This document shows positions 1 through 8,431 of a DNA stretch of 37,138 nt, piece by piece. A model generated the notes under the pieces. That model did no database searches. It was given only the letters and a program-made list of their open reading frames with translations, and was not told the DNA's origin. The position numbers and the translations under genes are program-made. The stretch is from Thermoplasmatota archaeon (GTDB taxonomy: Archaea > Thermoplasmatota > E2 > JACPAO01 > JAHFTW01). Every line of letters starts with the position of its first letter. The stretch's first letter is position 1. The DNA lies in the NCBI GenBank assembly GCA_041636435.1, contig JBFKTF010000001.1:1-37138 (forward strand), written 5' to 3'.

Positions 1-1078
1 CGATGACGTTGGTGCGTTCGCCCACCAAGACCGGTCGCGTGTCCGGGTCGATGGAGCGATTCTCGATGCCGGATACCACGCCGCCTCGGGGTGCGTCGGC
101 CCGGCGTGGGGGTCGCCCGTCCACCAGTTGGCGGATGGCTTGCACGTGCTCGGGCGTGGTGCCACAGCAACCGCCCACGAGGTTGATCCAACCGCTCTCC
201 ACAAACGGCTCCAAGTGCCCGGCCAAGATCTCGGGAGTCTCCGGGTAGGTGCCGTCCGCGTCGGGCAGCCCCGCGTTGGGATAGACACTGATGGCGCAGT
301 CGGCCACTTGAGCCAAGCTGCGGATGTGGTCCGTCATGAACTCCGGGCCCGTGGCGCAGTTCATGCCCACGGCCAACGGCTGGAAGTGCGCGATGCTGGT
401 GTACCAGGCCTCGATGTCTTGGCCCGCCAGCATGGTGCCGGTGGGCTCGATGGTGGCACTCAGGATGACCGGCAAGCGCCGGCCCGTGCGGGTGAATGCG
501 TCCTCCACGCCGATGGCGGCCGCCTTCATGTTGAGGGTGTCCTGGGCGGTCTCGATGACCAACAGGTCGCAGCCCCCCTCGATGAGTCCGATGGCTTGGT
601 CGCGGTAGTTCTGCAGCAACTCGTCGAACGTCGTGCCCCCCGTGACGGTCAGCGCCTTGGTGGTGGGTCCGATGCTGCCGGCCACGAACAACGCATCCGC
701 GCGCTCGGGGCAACGCTGGGCGACGGCGTCCCGGGCCGCGCAGGCGACGCGCGCCGCCGCGACGTTGATTTCGTGCACCTTGTCCTGCAAGCCGTACTCG
801 GCCAGCACGATGGCGGTGGCACCAAAGGTGTCGGTCTCCACGATGTCCGCGCCGGCGTCGAAGTAGGCTTCGTGGATGCCTTGAATCACCTCGGGGCGGG
901 TCAGCACCAGGTGCTCGTTGCAGCCTTCCAGTTCCGGGCCCCCGAAGTCGTCGGCGCTGAGCTGCGCCTCTTGCAGCATGGTGCCCATGCCGCCATCCAG
1001 CACCAAGATACGCTCTTGCAGCAGCTGGCGCAGGCGTGCTTCGGTGTCGGGCCGCAGGGTCGCGTCCTGCGGCGTCAT
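1..1078 (-). CDS. metH: Cobalamin-dependent methionine synthase MetH, N-terminal part (homocysteine-binding domain, start of pterin-binding domain); gene continues beyond the left edge
   Basis: Absent from the ORF track because it has no stop in the window. My translation of the minus strand from ATG 1078 gives MTPQDATLRPDTEARLRQLLQERILVLDGGMGTMLQ...IVETDTFGAT...VYPNAGLP...LVGGCCGTTPEHV. These are hallmark Hcy S-methyltransferase domain motifs with the Cys/Cys-Cys zinc ligands. The start lies 2 nt after the metK stop. Confidence 0.85.
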   Translation of the reverse strand, partial: MTPQDATLRPDTEARLRQLLQERILVLDGGMGTMLQEAQLSADDFGGPELEGCNEHLVLTRPEVIQGIHEAYFDAGADIVETDTFGATAIVLAEYGLQDKVHEINVAAARVACAARDAVAQRCPERADALFVAGSIGPTTKALTVTGGTTFDELLQNYRDQAIGLIEGGCDLLVIETAQDTLNMKAAAIGVEDAFTRTGRRLPVILSATIEPTGTMLAGQDIEAWYTSIAHFQPLAVGMNCATGPEFMTDHIRSLAQVADCAISVYPNAGLPDADGTYPETPEILAGHLEPFVESGWINLVGGCCGTTPEHVQAIRQLVDGRPPRRADAPRGGVVSGIENRSIDPDTRPVLVGERTNVI

Positions 1079-1080
1079 GG

Positions 1081-2274
1081 TCAGACCAACGTCCCGACGA
1101 CGTCGTGGACGGCTTCGACGCGGTCCAGGGCTTCCCATGGCAGGTCCACGTCGCGGCGACCAAAGTGGCCGTACGCGGCGGTGGGCTCGAAGATGGGGCG
1201 GCGCAGCTCGAGTTGGTTGATGATGTCGCCCGGTGCGAAGCTGAACTGGGTCTTCAGCAGGTCCACAATGGCGGCGTCGCTGATCTTGCCCGTGCCGAAG
1301 GTTTCGACGTTGTAGCTCACCGGCTGCAGGCTGCCAATGGAGTAGGCGACCTGAATCTGCAGCTTGTCGGCCACGCCGGCGGCGACGAGGTTCTTGGCGG
1401 CGTAGCGGCTGTAGTATGCGGCGCTGCGGTCGACCTTGATGCAGTCCTTGCCGCTGAATGCGCCGCCACCGTGGGGAATCCAACCGCCGTAGGTGTCGAC
1501 GATGATCTTGCGGCCCGTCAAGCCGGTGTCGGCGGCGGGGCCACCCAGCACGAACTTGCCGGTGTGGTTGATGAAGAACTCCGTGCCATCGTGCAGGAAG
1601 TCTTCGGGGACGACGCGGTGCACGACGTGCTCCTTCAGGTCGGCCTGGATGGTTTCCTGGTCGACGTCTGGAGCGTGCTGTGCCGCCAGCACCAAGGCGT
1701 CGACGGCGACGGGCTTGCCATCGTCCGTGAAGCGCAGGCTGACCTGGCTCTTGGTGTCGGGGCGCAAGTAGGCCAGGGTGCCGTCGCGGCGGACCTCGGT
1801 CATGCGGCGCGTGAGTTGGTGGGCCAGGCTGATGGGCACCGGCATGAAGTCGTCGTCGGATTCGTCGACGTCGTGGTTGCGCTGGGCGTAGCCGAACATC
1901 ATGCCTTGGTCGCCGGCGCCGATTTGGCTGTCGTCGCGGGTGCTGGTGCCCATGGCGATGTCGGGGGACTGGGGCACGATGTCGATGGTCGGCGTGATCG
2001 CCGTGCCGTTCCACATGCCCTCGTCGTCGTTGTTGTACCCGATGCGGTCGATGGTCCGGCGCGCAATGCCGGCCAAGTCGACGTCATCGAAACCGCTGCA
2101 CGTCACTTCGCCGCCCAGCGTGACCCGGTGGGCGGTGACGAACGTCTCGGCGGCCACACGGCTGAATGGATCGACCGCAAGCATGGCGTCCAGGACGGCG
2201 TCGCTGATTTGGTCGGCGACCTTGTCCGGATGGCCTTCGCTCACGGATTCGCTGGAGAAGACGAAACCTGACAC
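1081..2274 (-). CDS. metK: S-adenosylmethionine synthetase, bacterial/eukaryal MetK type
   Basis: 397-aa ORF with a GTG start. Motifs SEGHPDKVADQISDAVLDA, GAGDQGMMFGYA and GGGAFSGKDCIKVDRSAAY are classic MetK signatures. Confidence 0.95.
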   Translation of the reverse strand: MSGFVFSSESVSEGHPDKVADQISDAVLDAMLAVDPFSRVAAETFVTAHRVTLGGEVTCSGFDDVDLAGIARRTIDRIGYNNDDEGMWNGTAITPTIDIVPQSPDIAMGTSTRDDSQIGAGDQGMMFGYAQRNHDVDESDDDFMPVPISLAHQLTRRMTEVRRDGTLAYLRPDTKSQVSLRFTDDGKPVAVDALVLAAQHAPDVDQETIQADLKEHVVHRVVPEDFLHDGTEFFINHTGKFVLGGPAADTGLTGRKIIVDTYGGWIPHGGGAFSGKDCIKVDRSAAYYSRYAAKNLVAAGVADKLQIQVAYSIGSLQPVSYNVETFGTGKISDAAIVDLLKTQFSFAPGDIINQLELRRPIFEPTAAYGHFGRRDVDLPWEALDRVEAVHDVVGTLV

Positions 2275-2298
2275 AGGCGGCCGACCCGACGCCGAGGG

Positions 2299-2303
2299 TA
2301 ATA
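2299..2303 (-). promoter_or_regulatory. Candidate TATA-like element for metK (reads CCCTATTACCC on the minus strand)
   Basis: Isolated A/T pentamer in GC-rich DNA, 25-29 nt upstream of the GTG at 2274. The same spacing recurs at several first genes in the window, consistent with leaderless transcripts. Confidence 0.35.
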
Positions 2304-2401
2304 GGGTTTCAGTCAGGGACAGGCAACATAAGTCGCACAGGAATCATCGGAGGCTTCCGATGGACAACGAAGGTGGAAGGGAAAAGGGACGAGAGGCCGG
2401 C

Positions 2402-2668
2402 TTACAGGCGGCCCATTTCCAGGAGCTCGACACCCTGCACGCCAGCGACGCCGGAGACGATCTCCTCGATCTTGTCGTTGTTGCCCTCTTCGTCCTCGAC
2501 GACGATGGTCGTCTCGAGGCACTTCATGCCGAAGGCGAACGGCTTCTGTTCGCAGCCCTGCAGCTTGGCGAAGGCGGGCATGGCCCCCTTCAGGTCGGCT
2601 TCGAGCTGGCCGAGGTCGACCTCGGTTCCGTCGGGCATGACGCGGTACTTGATGAGGACTTCACCCAT
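2402..2668 (-). CDS. ef1b: Translation elongation factor aEF-1 beta
   Basis: From internal ATG 2668: MGEVLIKYRVMPDGTEVDLGQLEADLK...FAFGMKCLETTIVVEDEEG...GVQGVELLEMGRL. At 88 aa, its length and pattern match aEF-1beta. The 15 upstream codons of the ORF have no support. Confidence 0.85.
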   Translation of the reverse strand: MGEVLIKYRVMPDGTEVDLGQLEADLKGAMPAFAKLQGCEQKPFAFGMKCLETTIVVEDEEGNNDKIEEIVSGVAGVQGVELLEMGRL

Positions 2669-2689
2669 GCGTCGGCCGACAAAGGGCCC

Positions 2690-2695
2690 ATATTT
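2690..2695 (-). promoter_or_regulatory. Candidate TATA box for ef1b (GTGAAATATGG on the minus strand)
   Basis: AAATAT lies 22-27 nt upstream of ATG 2668, and there is no Shine-Dalgarno sequence in between. Confidence 0.4.
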
Positions 2696-2745
2696 CACCC
2701 AACCGGCGGACAAGGGATTTGGACCAAGAGGTTCTGGCCGCGTCC

Positions 2746-4314
2746 ATGCGAGCGATTGCCGTCGTCCTCCTCATCGCCATCTCCGGTTGCCTCGGCTCCG
2801 ACCCGGCCCCCGAACCGGAACCCGAACCAGAACCGGAGCCCGTGACGGAACCTGACTGGGCCCGTGCCGCGGTCTATGGCCCGGACTTTGCCGACTTCGG
2901 GGCCGGCGACCCCGTTGGGCACGACCACAGCGACCGCAGCCTCCACATGGCCACCACACCCAACTTCGAGGTGCTTGGCTGGGACCCACTCATCACCCAA
3001 CACCACGGCATGGGTGCCGGCGGCTACTACTGCGGCGAGGTCAGCAAGACTGGCGACCGCACCCTGGCGGTGGTCAATTCCTTCACCAGCCAAGTCGCCA
3101 TGGTCGTCCTGGACGTCACCGACCCGGCCGCACCCGAATACTTGGGCGAGCTGGTGTTGACCAACGCCCAAATCTACGACTCCGCCATCAGCGACGATGG
3201 GCGCTTCGCCTACCTGGCCACCAGTCCGCTGGTCATTGTCCACGAAGACGACGAACGCGCCGGCCTGGACACCATCACGGTCCAGCCAGTGTTCACCGAC
3301 CGCTGCGGCAACACATACCAAGGCCCCGAAGACGAACTGCCGGTCGCCAGCGGCATCGCCCTCATCGACATCCGCGACCCCACCCAGCCGGCGGTGGCCG
3401 ACTTCGTCAGCCAACCCGCCATTGGGCCCCACAGCGTCAGCGCCACCAGCATCGACGGCACCAGCTACGCCATCGCCAGCAACACCAACCTCGTCTACAC
3501 GGCGAGCTTCTTCTCCGTCTTCACGGTCGAAGAACTGGCTGGCCAACCCAAGCTCGTGCCCTTCGTGGAGTACTCGGCCAACTACGAAGGCCAAGTCGAT
3601 GACAGCGGCAACGCGCCGTCGCTTCTGCTCAACGGCCACGTGGACGCCACGCTGGACCAGCACCCCAACGGCGAGCTCATGCTCTGGGTCGCCAACTGGG
3701 ATGGTGGCCTCCATGCGGTCCGCATCGACGGCCCCGGCCAGACCACGCTGCTCGACGTGTTTGGCCAGCGGGGCGGTGCGCCATTGGCCGGCAGCATCCA
3801 CAGCGCCGAAATCGTGGGCGAACGCAACGGCTCCTACTACATCCTGACCGGCCAAGAAGTCGGAAGCAGCCGCCAAGCAGGCGACTACAAGCTCCCCACG
3901 GGGCAAGTGGTCTTGCTCGACGTCACCGACCCCGCCAACCTCGACCCCGTGGCGCGCTGGACGCTGCCCGTGGACGTCAGCTGGTCCGGTGACCTGCACA
4001 TGAGCACCCACTACATGCACATGATCGGCGACACCCTGTTCATCGCCAATTACCACAACGGCGTCTGGGCCGCCGACGCCAGCCCCGAGCAATGGCCCGA
4101 CCTGCCAAGCCTCGGCGTCTTCATGCCCAGCCTCGTGGCCGAGGAAGGCATCCGGACCGACACGAGCTACGCTCCCTACGTGCTGGATCTGCAGCCCCTG
4201 GCCGATGGCAGCCTGCTCGTCTTCGATGGCAGCGGCGCCTACACCGTCGCCTTCAGCGGCGCCCATCCGGACGTGCCGCCCACGACGCCGTGGGAACAGC
4301 AGTTCATCGGCTAG
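2746..4314 (+). CDS. Secreted lipoprotein, LVIVD-repeat beta-propeller-like
   Basis: MRAIAVVLLIAISGC is a signal peptide with a lipobox, followed by a (PE)n linker. Recurrent motifs VVLDVTDPAAPEYLG, IALIDIRDPTQPAV and VVLLDVTDPANLDPV resemble LVIVD repeats. The start could also be TTG 2719. Confidence 0.7.
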   Translation: MRAIAVVLLIAISGCLGSDPAPEPEPEPEPEPVTEPDWARAAVYGPDFADFGAGDPVGHDHSDRSLHMATTPNFEVLGWDPLITQHHGMGAGGYYCGEVSKTGDRTLAVVNSFTSQVAMVVLDVTDPAAPEYLGELVLTNAQIYDSAISDDGRFAYLATSPLVIVHEDDERAGLDTITVQPVFTDRCGNTYQGPEDELPVASGIALIDIRDPTQPAVADFVSQPAIGPHSVSATSIDGTSYAIASNTNLVYTASFFSVFTVEELAGQPKLVPFVEYSANYEGQVDDSGNAPSLLLNGHVDATLDQHPNGELMLWVANWDGGLHAVRIDGPGQTTLLDVFGQRGGAPLAGSIHSAEIVGERNGSYYILTGQEVGSSRQAGDYKLPTGQVVLLDVTDPANLDPVARWTLPVDVSWSGDLHMSTHYMHMIGDTLFIANYHNGVWAADASPEQWPDLPSLGVFMPSLVAEEGIRTDTSYAPYVLDLQPLADGSLLVFDGSGAYTVAFSGAHPDVPPTTPWEQQFIG

Positions 4315-4319
4315 GTGGG

Positions 4320-4324
4320 TTTTT
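4320..4324 (+). terminator. Oligo-T tract directly after the lipoprotein stop; may alternatively be the TATA-like element of the tRNA transcription unit
   Basis: TAGGTGGGTTTTTCAG: a T5 run 6 nt after stop codon 4312-4314. Archaeal terminators are oligo-T tracts. Confidence 0.3.
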
Positions 4325-4356
4325 CAGCAGCACCAAAGTCGCGCTGCCCCTCAGCT

Positions 4357-4376
4357 GGGCACTTAGCTCAGCCAGG
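4357..4376 (+). pseudogene. Truncated tRNA-Lys-like 5' fragment (acceptor 5' strand plus D-arm only)
   Basis: GGGCACTTAGCTCAGCCAGG versus GGGCACTTAGCTTAGTCAGG of the intact tRNA 102 nt downstream. The 8-9 nt upstream flanks are also similar (CCTCAGCT versus CCTCCAGTT). There is no anticodon arm, no T-arm and no matching 3' acceptor strand. Confidence 0.45.
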
Positions 4377-4458
4377 CGAACGGCCAACCGTTCGATCGTT
4401 TGGGCGGCGTCCGGCTTCGCCGGAGCCACCCCCATCCGCACCCCCTTTTCCTCCAGTT

Positions 4459-4532
4459 GGGCACTTAGCTTAGTCAGGTAGAGCAGCGGGCTTTTAACCC
4501 GCCGGTCGCCGGTTCGAACCCGGTAGTGCCCG
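4459..4532 (+). tRNA. tRNA-Lys (anticodon UUU)
   Basis: Hand-folded cloverleaf. Acceptor GGGCACT/AGTGCCC. D-arm GCTT-AGTCAGGTA-GAGC. Anticodon arm GCGGG-CTTTTAA-CCCGC. Variable loop CGGTC. T-arm GCCGG-TTCGAAC-CCGGT. Discriminator G. No encoded CCA. Confidence 0.93.
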
Positions 4533-4764
4533 TTTCATTGCCCCTGGCGATCCGGCCTCGATGCCGGCGTCGCGCGCCGCTTGGCGCCTTGCAGGGTGGC
4601 TGTGCGTCGCCGCAGCCTGGGGCGGGTCGCTTGGCCGCCCCAACGCTTAAGTGTGGGCCCTCATCGGCCGGTTTTGCATCCAGGACCGTAGGGTAGGCCA
4701 CCCCAGGCCACGCCATGCGGTTTGAGGAGAAACCGGCCCCCGGTGGAGTCTCTTAGGTGATCCA

Positions 4765-5019
4765 TTGACAGACGACGACCTGCGCTTCAACGTGCTCAAC
4801 CACACGATCGTCCCCCAGCACATGATTCTGGCTGAGGACGACGTACCCACGCTCCTTGCGAAATACAACATCGTGAAGGAACAATTGCCCAAGATCAAGA
4901 GCAGCGATCCGGCCGTCAAGGTCATCGGTGCCAAGGTGGGCGATGTTGTCCAGATCATTCGCCCAAGCGCCACCGCCGGCCGCTTCACCGCCTACCGCCT
5001 CGTTGTCGAGGCCCTCTGA
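4765..5019 (+). CDS. rpoH: DNA-directed RNA polymerase subunit H (Rpo5)
   Basis: 84 aa. [60 protein letters not shown] matches the Rpb5 C-terminal domain pattern. TTG start with AGGTGA 4 nt upstream. Sits first in the rpo cluster. Confidence 0.92.
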   Translation: MTDDDLRFNVLNHTIVPQHMILAEDDVPTLLAKYNIVKEQLPKIKSSDPAVKVIGAKVGDVVQIIRPSATAGRFTAYRLVVEAL

Positions 5020-5029
5020 GGAAATTACC

Positions 5030-8000
5030 ATGCGCGAACTCGTTGACGCGTTCTACAAGGAACGCTCGATCGTCAACCACCACATCGCAAGCTACAACGA
5101 CTTCCTCGCAAGCCGTCTCCAGCACGTCATCGATCACATCCGGATCGGCGACGACGAGACCAGCGAGCGTGGCGTCGTTCAGACCGACATCGAGGGCTAC
5201 TACATCAAGCTCGGAAAGGTCGGCATCGGCCGCCCCGTCGTCAAGGAAGCCGATGGCAGCCTGCGCCCCCTGACCCCCATGGAGGCGCGCCTGCGCAACC
5301 TGACCTACCAGGCCCCGCTCACCCTCGAGTTCGTCCCCGTCATCGACGGCATCGAGCACGAACCCGAGATGGTCCAAATCGGCCGCCTGCCGGTCATGGT
5401 CCACAGCGACCACTGCAACATCGACCGCAAGGTCGTCGAAGAGACCGAAGGCCGCCCCCTCAGCGATGAGGAATACCGCGACCGCCTCATCGAGATGCAG
5501 GAAGACGCCCTGGACCCCGGCGGATACTTCATCTCCAACGGCACCGAGCGTGTCCTGATCACCCTCGAAGACCTGGCGCCCAACCGCGTCCTGGTCGAGA
5601 AGGCGACCCGCTACGGCACCGACGTCGAGATCGCCAAGGTGTTCTCGCAGCACGAAGGCTACCGCGCCCTCGTCGTCGTCGAGCGCAAGAAGGATGGCGA
5701 CCTGATGGTCACCGTCCCCAGCGCCAGTGGCCAGATTCCCCTCGTCATCCTGCTCCGCGCCCTCGGCATGGAGTCCGACGAAGAAATCGTCCACGCCATC
5801 ATGACGGACAACAAGATGGAGCCCCTCATCCTGGGCAACATCGAGTCCGCCGCCGAAGAATACGGTGTGGCCACCCGCGAGGATGCCATCGCCTACCTCG
5901 GCAAGCGTCTGGCCGGCGGCCAGGCCAAGGAATACCGTGTCAAGCGCGTCGAGGCCCTCATGGACCGCAACCTCCTGCCCCACCTGGGTCAGGAACCCGA
6001 GGACCGCATCACGAAGGCCATCTTCCTTGCCCGCATGGGCCAAGCCGTCTTCGAACTGTTCCTGGGCATCCGCGAACCCGACGACAAGGACCACTACGCC
6101 AACAAGCGCCTGAAGCTCGCTGGCGATCTGATGGAGGACCTGTTCCGCGTCGCCTTCATGGCCCTGTGCAAGGACCTGAAGTACCAGCTGGAACGCGCCC
6201 ACGCGCGCAACCGCGACGTCAAGATCCAGACTGCCGTCCGTGCCGACGTGCTGACGCAGCGCCTGCTGCACAGCCTCGCCACCGGCAACTGGGTGTCCGG
6301 CCGCGCTGGTGTCAGCCAGCTCCTGGACCGCACCAGCAACCTGGCCGCGCTGAGCCACATGCGCCGCGTGACCAGCCCCCTGACGCGCAGCCAGCCTCAC
6401 TTCGAAGCTCGTGACTTGCACAGCACCCAGTGGGGCCGCCTGTGCCCCAACGAGACCCCCGAAGGTCCCAACTGTGGTCTGGTGAAGAACCTCAGTCTGT
6501 GCGTCGAAATCAGCGAAGGGTTCCCCGAGCGCGAAGTCGAACGCGTCCTGCGCGACTTCGGCATCCGGCCCATCGAGCGCGACGCCCCCGGCGCCCAGGT
6601 CTACATCAACGGTGACCTGGTCGGCCTGCACGACGACGCCCCCGACTTGGTGCGCCGCATCAAGGAGCGCCGCCGCGCCGGTCTGCTGAGCAACGAAGTC
6701 AACGTCTTCCACGACCTCGACACCAACAGCGTCATGCTGAACTGCGACGCCGGCCGCGTGCGCCGCCCGCTCCTGGTCGTCGAGAACTCCAAGATGCGCT
6801 ACAACGAGGAATACCAGAAGGACGTCGCCGAAGGCCGCCTGAACTGGTCCGACCTCGTCAACGAAGGTGTCATCGAATACATCGACGCCGAAGAAGAGGA
6901 GAACCTGTTCATCGCCGTCGACCAGAGCGACCTCGACTTCAAGTTGGGCCAGATGAAGCAGGATCCGACCATGCCGGAGATCACCCACGTGGAGATCGAC
7001 CCCATGATCATCCTCGGCATCGGTTCGAGCCTGGTTCCCTACCCCGAGCACAACTCCAGTCCGCGCATCACCATGGGTGCCGGCATGGGCAAGCAGTCGC
7101 TCGGCTTCGGTGACGCCAACTACCGCATCCGCCCCGACACCCGTGGCCACCTGCTGCACTACCCGCAGGCGCCCCTGGTCCAGACCCACGCCACGAAGTA
7201 CATCAACTTCAACGAGCGCCCGGCTGGCCAGAACTTCGTCGTCTGCGTGATGAGCTTCCACGGCTACAACATGGAGGACGCCATCGTCATGAACAAGGCG
7301 TCCATCGAACGTGGCCTGGGCCGCAGCACCTTCTTCCGTACCTACAGCACGGAAGAACGCCGCTACCCCGGTGGTCAAGAGGACCGCTTCGAGCGCCCCG
7401 ACCCCGAATGCCGCGGTGTGCGCCCCGAAGAGATGTACACGTACATCGAAGAGGACGGCCTCATCTCCCCCGAGCGCCCCGTCTCCGGTGGCGACGTGCT
7501 GATCGGCAAGACCAGCCCGCCCCGCTTCCTTGAGGAGCCCACCGACTTCCTGACGCCCCAGAAGCGCCGCGAGACCTCGGTCACCGTGCGCCACGGCGAG
7601 AAGGGCAACGTGGACACCGTCATGCTCACGGAATCGGTCAACGGTTCCCGCATGGTCAAGATCAAGGTCCGCGACCAGCGCATCCCCGAGTTGGGCGACA
7701 AGTTCGCTTCCAAGCACGGCCAAAAGGGTGTCCTGGGTCTGCTCGTCCCCGCCGAAGGCATGCCCTTCGACGAGAACGGCATCACGCCCGACATCGTCGT
7801 CAACCCCCACGCCATTCCCAGCCGCATGACCGTCGCCCACGTGTTGGAGATGATCGGCGGCCTGACCGGCAGCATGGAGGGTCGCTTCATGGACGGCACC
7901 GCCTTCACCGGTACCGACAACGAGGAGATGCTGCGCCAGAGCCTGCTGAACAACGGCATCAAGCACAACGGCAAGCGCCAGATGTACGACGGCCAGACCG

Positions 8001-8431
8001 GCCGCATGTACCAGGCCGACATCTTCGTGGGCTGCATCTACTACCAGAAGCTGCACCACATGGTGAGCGGCAAGATCCACGCCCGCAGCCGCGGTCCCGT
8101 GCAGATCCTCACCCGCCAGCCGACCGAAGGTCGTGCCCGCGACGGTGGTCTCCGCTTCGGTGAGATGGAGCGCGACGCCCTCATCGGCCACGGCGTGGCC
8201 ATGGTCATCAAGGACCGTCTCCTGGACGAGTCCGACCGCACCGTCCAATACGTGGATGCCAAGAGCGGCTTCATCGGCATGCTCGACCGGCGCGGCTTCT
8301 ACCGCAGCCTGAGCAGCGGTGACGACGCCGACATCCACCCCGTCGAGATGAGTTACGCCTACAAGCTCCTCATGGAGGAACTGCAGGCCCTCATGCTCGC
8401 ACCCCGCATGCGCTTGGAGGCGATCGCTTGA
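5030..8431 (+). CDS. rpoB: DNA-directed RNA polymerase subunit B (Rpo2), unsplit
   Basis: 1133 aa from ATG 5030 (GAGGA 7 nt upstream). Motifs [23 protein letters not shown] and [28 protein letters not shown]. The track ORF start at 4928 overlaps rpoH and is rejected. Confidence 0.97.
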   Translation: MRELVDAFYKERSIVNHHIASYNDFLASRLQHVIDHIRIGDDETSERGVVQTDIEGYYIKLGKVGIGRPVVKEADGSLRPLTPMEARLRNLTYQAPLTLEFVPVIDGIEHEPEMVQIGRLPVMVHSDHCNIDRKVVEETEGRPLSDEEYRDRLIEMQEDALDPGGYFISNGTERVLITLEDLAPNRVLVEKATRYGTDVEIAKVFSQHEGYRALVVVERKKDGDLMVTVPSASGQIPLVILLRALGMESDEEIVHAIMTDNKMEPLILGNIESAAEEYGVATREDAIAYLGKRLAGGQAKEYRVKRVEALMDRNLLPHLGQEPEDRITKAIFLARMGQAVFELFLGIREPDDKDHYANKRLKLAGDLMEDLFRVAFMALCKDLKYQLERAHARNRDVKIQTAVRADVLTQRLLHSLATGNWVSGRAGVSQLLDRTSNLAALSHMRRVTSPLTRSQPHFEARDLHSTQWGRLCPNETPEGPNCGLVKNLSLCVEISEGFPEREVERVLRDFGIRPIERDAPGAQVYINGDLVGLHDDAPDLVRRIKERRRAGLLSNEVNVFHDLDTNSVMLNCDAGRVRRPLLVVENSKMRYNEEYQKDVAEGRLNWSDLVNEGVIEYIDAEEEENLFIAVDQSDLDFKLGQMKQDPTMPEITHVEIDPMIILGIGSSLVPYPEHNSSPRITMGAGMGKQSLGFGDANYRIRPDTRGHLLHYPQAPLVQTHATKYINFNERPAGQNFVVCVMSFHGYNMEDAIVMNKASIERGLGRSTFFRTYSTEERRYPGGQEDRFERPDPECRGVRPEEMYTYIEEDGLISPERPVSGGDVLIGKTSPPRFLEEPTDFLTPQKRRETSVTVRHGEKGNVDTVMLTESVNGSRMVKIKVRDQRIPELGDKFASKHGQKGVLGLLVPAEGMPFDENGITPDIVVNPHAIPSRMTVAHVLEMIGGLTGSMEGRFMDGTAFTGTDNEEMLRQSLLNNGIKHNGKRQMYDGQTGRMYQADIFVGCIYYQKLHHMVSGKIHARSRGPVQILTRQPTEGRARDGGLRFGEMERDALIGHGVAMVIKDRLLDESDRTVQYVDAKSGFIGMLDRRGFYRSLSSGDDADIHPVEMSYAYKLLMEELQALMLAPRMRLEAIA

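Noticed and set aside
2809-2841. Short tandem CCNGAN repeat that might have been a microsatellite or mini-array
   Set aside because: It is in frame inside the lipoprotein gene and encodes a (Pro-Glu)n linker directly after the lipobox Cys. No spacer-repeat organisation exists here or anywhere else in the window, so it is not a CRISPR array.
4357-4458. A possible second complete tRNA, or an intron-containing tRNA, upstream of tRNA-Lys
   Set aside because: Only the acceptor 5' strand and part of the D-arm are present. There is no anticodon stem-loop, no GTTCGAA-type T-loop and no AGTGCCC 3' strand before the real tRNA. It is kept only as a fragment or possible leader.
4459-4764. An integrated mobile element at the tRNA-Lys gene
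   Set aside because: No integrase, transposase or phage-like gene follows the tRNA; the next genes are the core rpo operon. The duplicated piece is the tRNA 5' end only about 100 nt away, leaving no room for an element.
4533-4764. The 232-nt GC-rich spacer between tRNA-Lys and rpoH as a possible ncRNA (C/D box sRNA or another tRNA)
   Set aside because: There are no C/D box (RUGAUGA/CUGA) pairs and no tRNA-like T-arm, only short generic GC hairpins. It is most simply the rpoH promoter and 5' UTR region.
4985-8338. 1117-aa ORF on the minus strand, antisense to rpoB. Similar cases: 8758-11166 (802 aa, antisense to rpoA1), 11091-12680 (529 aa, antisense to rpoA2), 2695-4266 (523 aa, antisense to the LVIVD lipoprotein), and 128-1315 and 1036-2271 (+), antisense to metH and metK.
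   Set aside because: Their translations are low-complexity and rich in Ala, Gly, Val, Asp, His and Arg, with no motifs. The opposite strand encodes unmistakable conserved proteins. Long stop-free antisense frames are expected in high-GC DNA.
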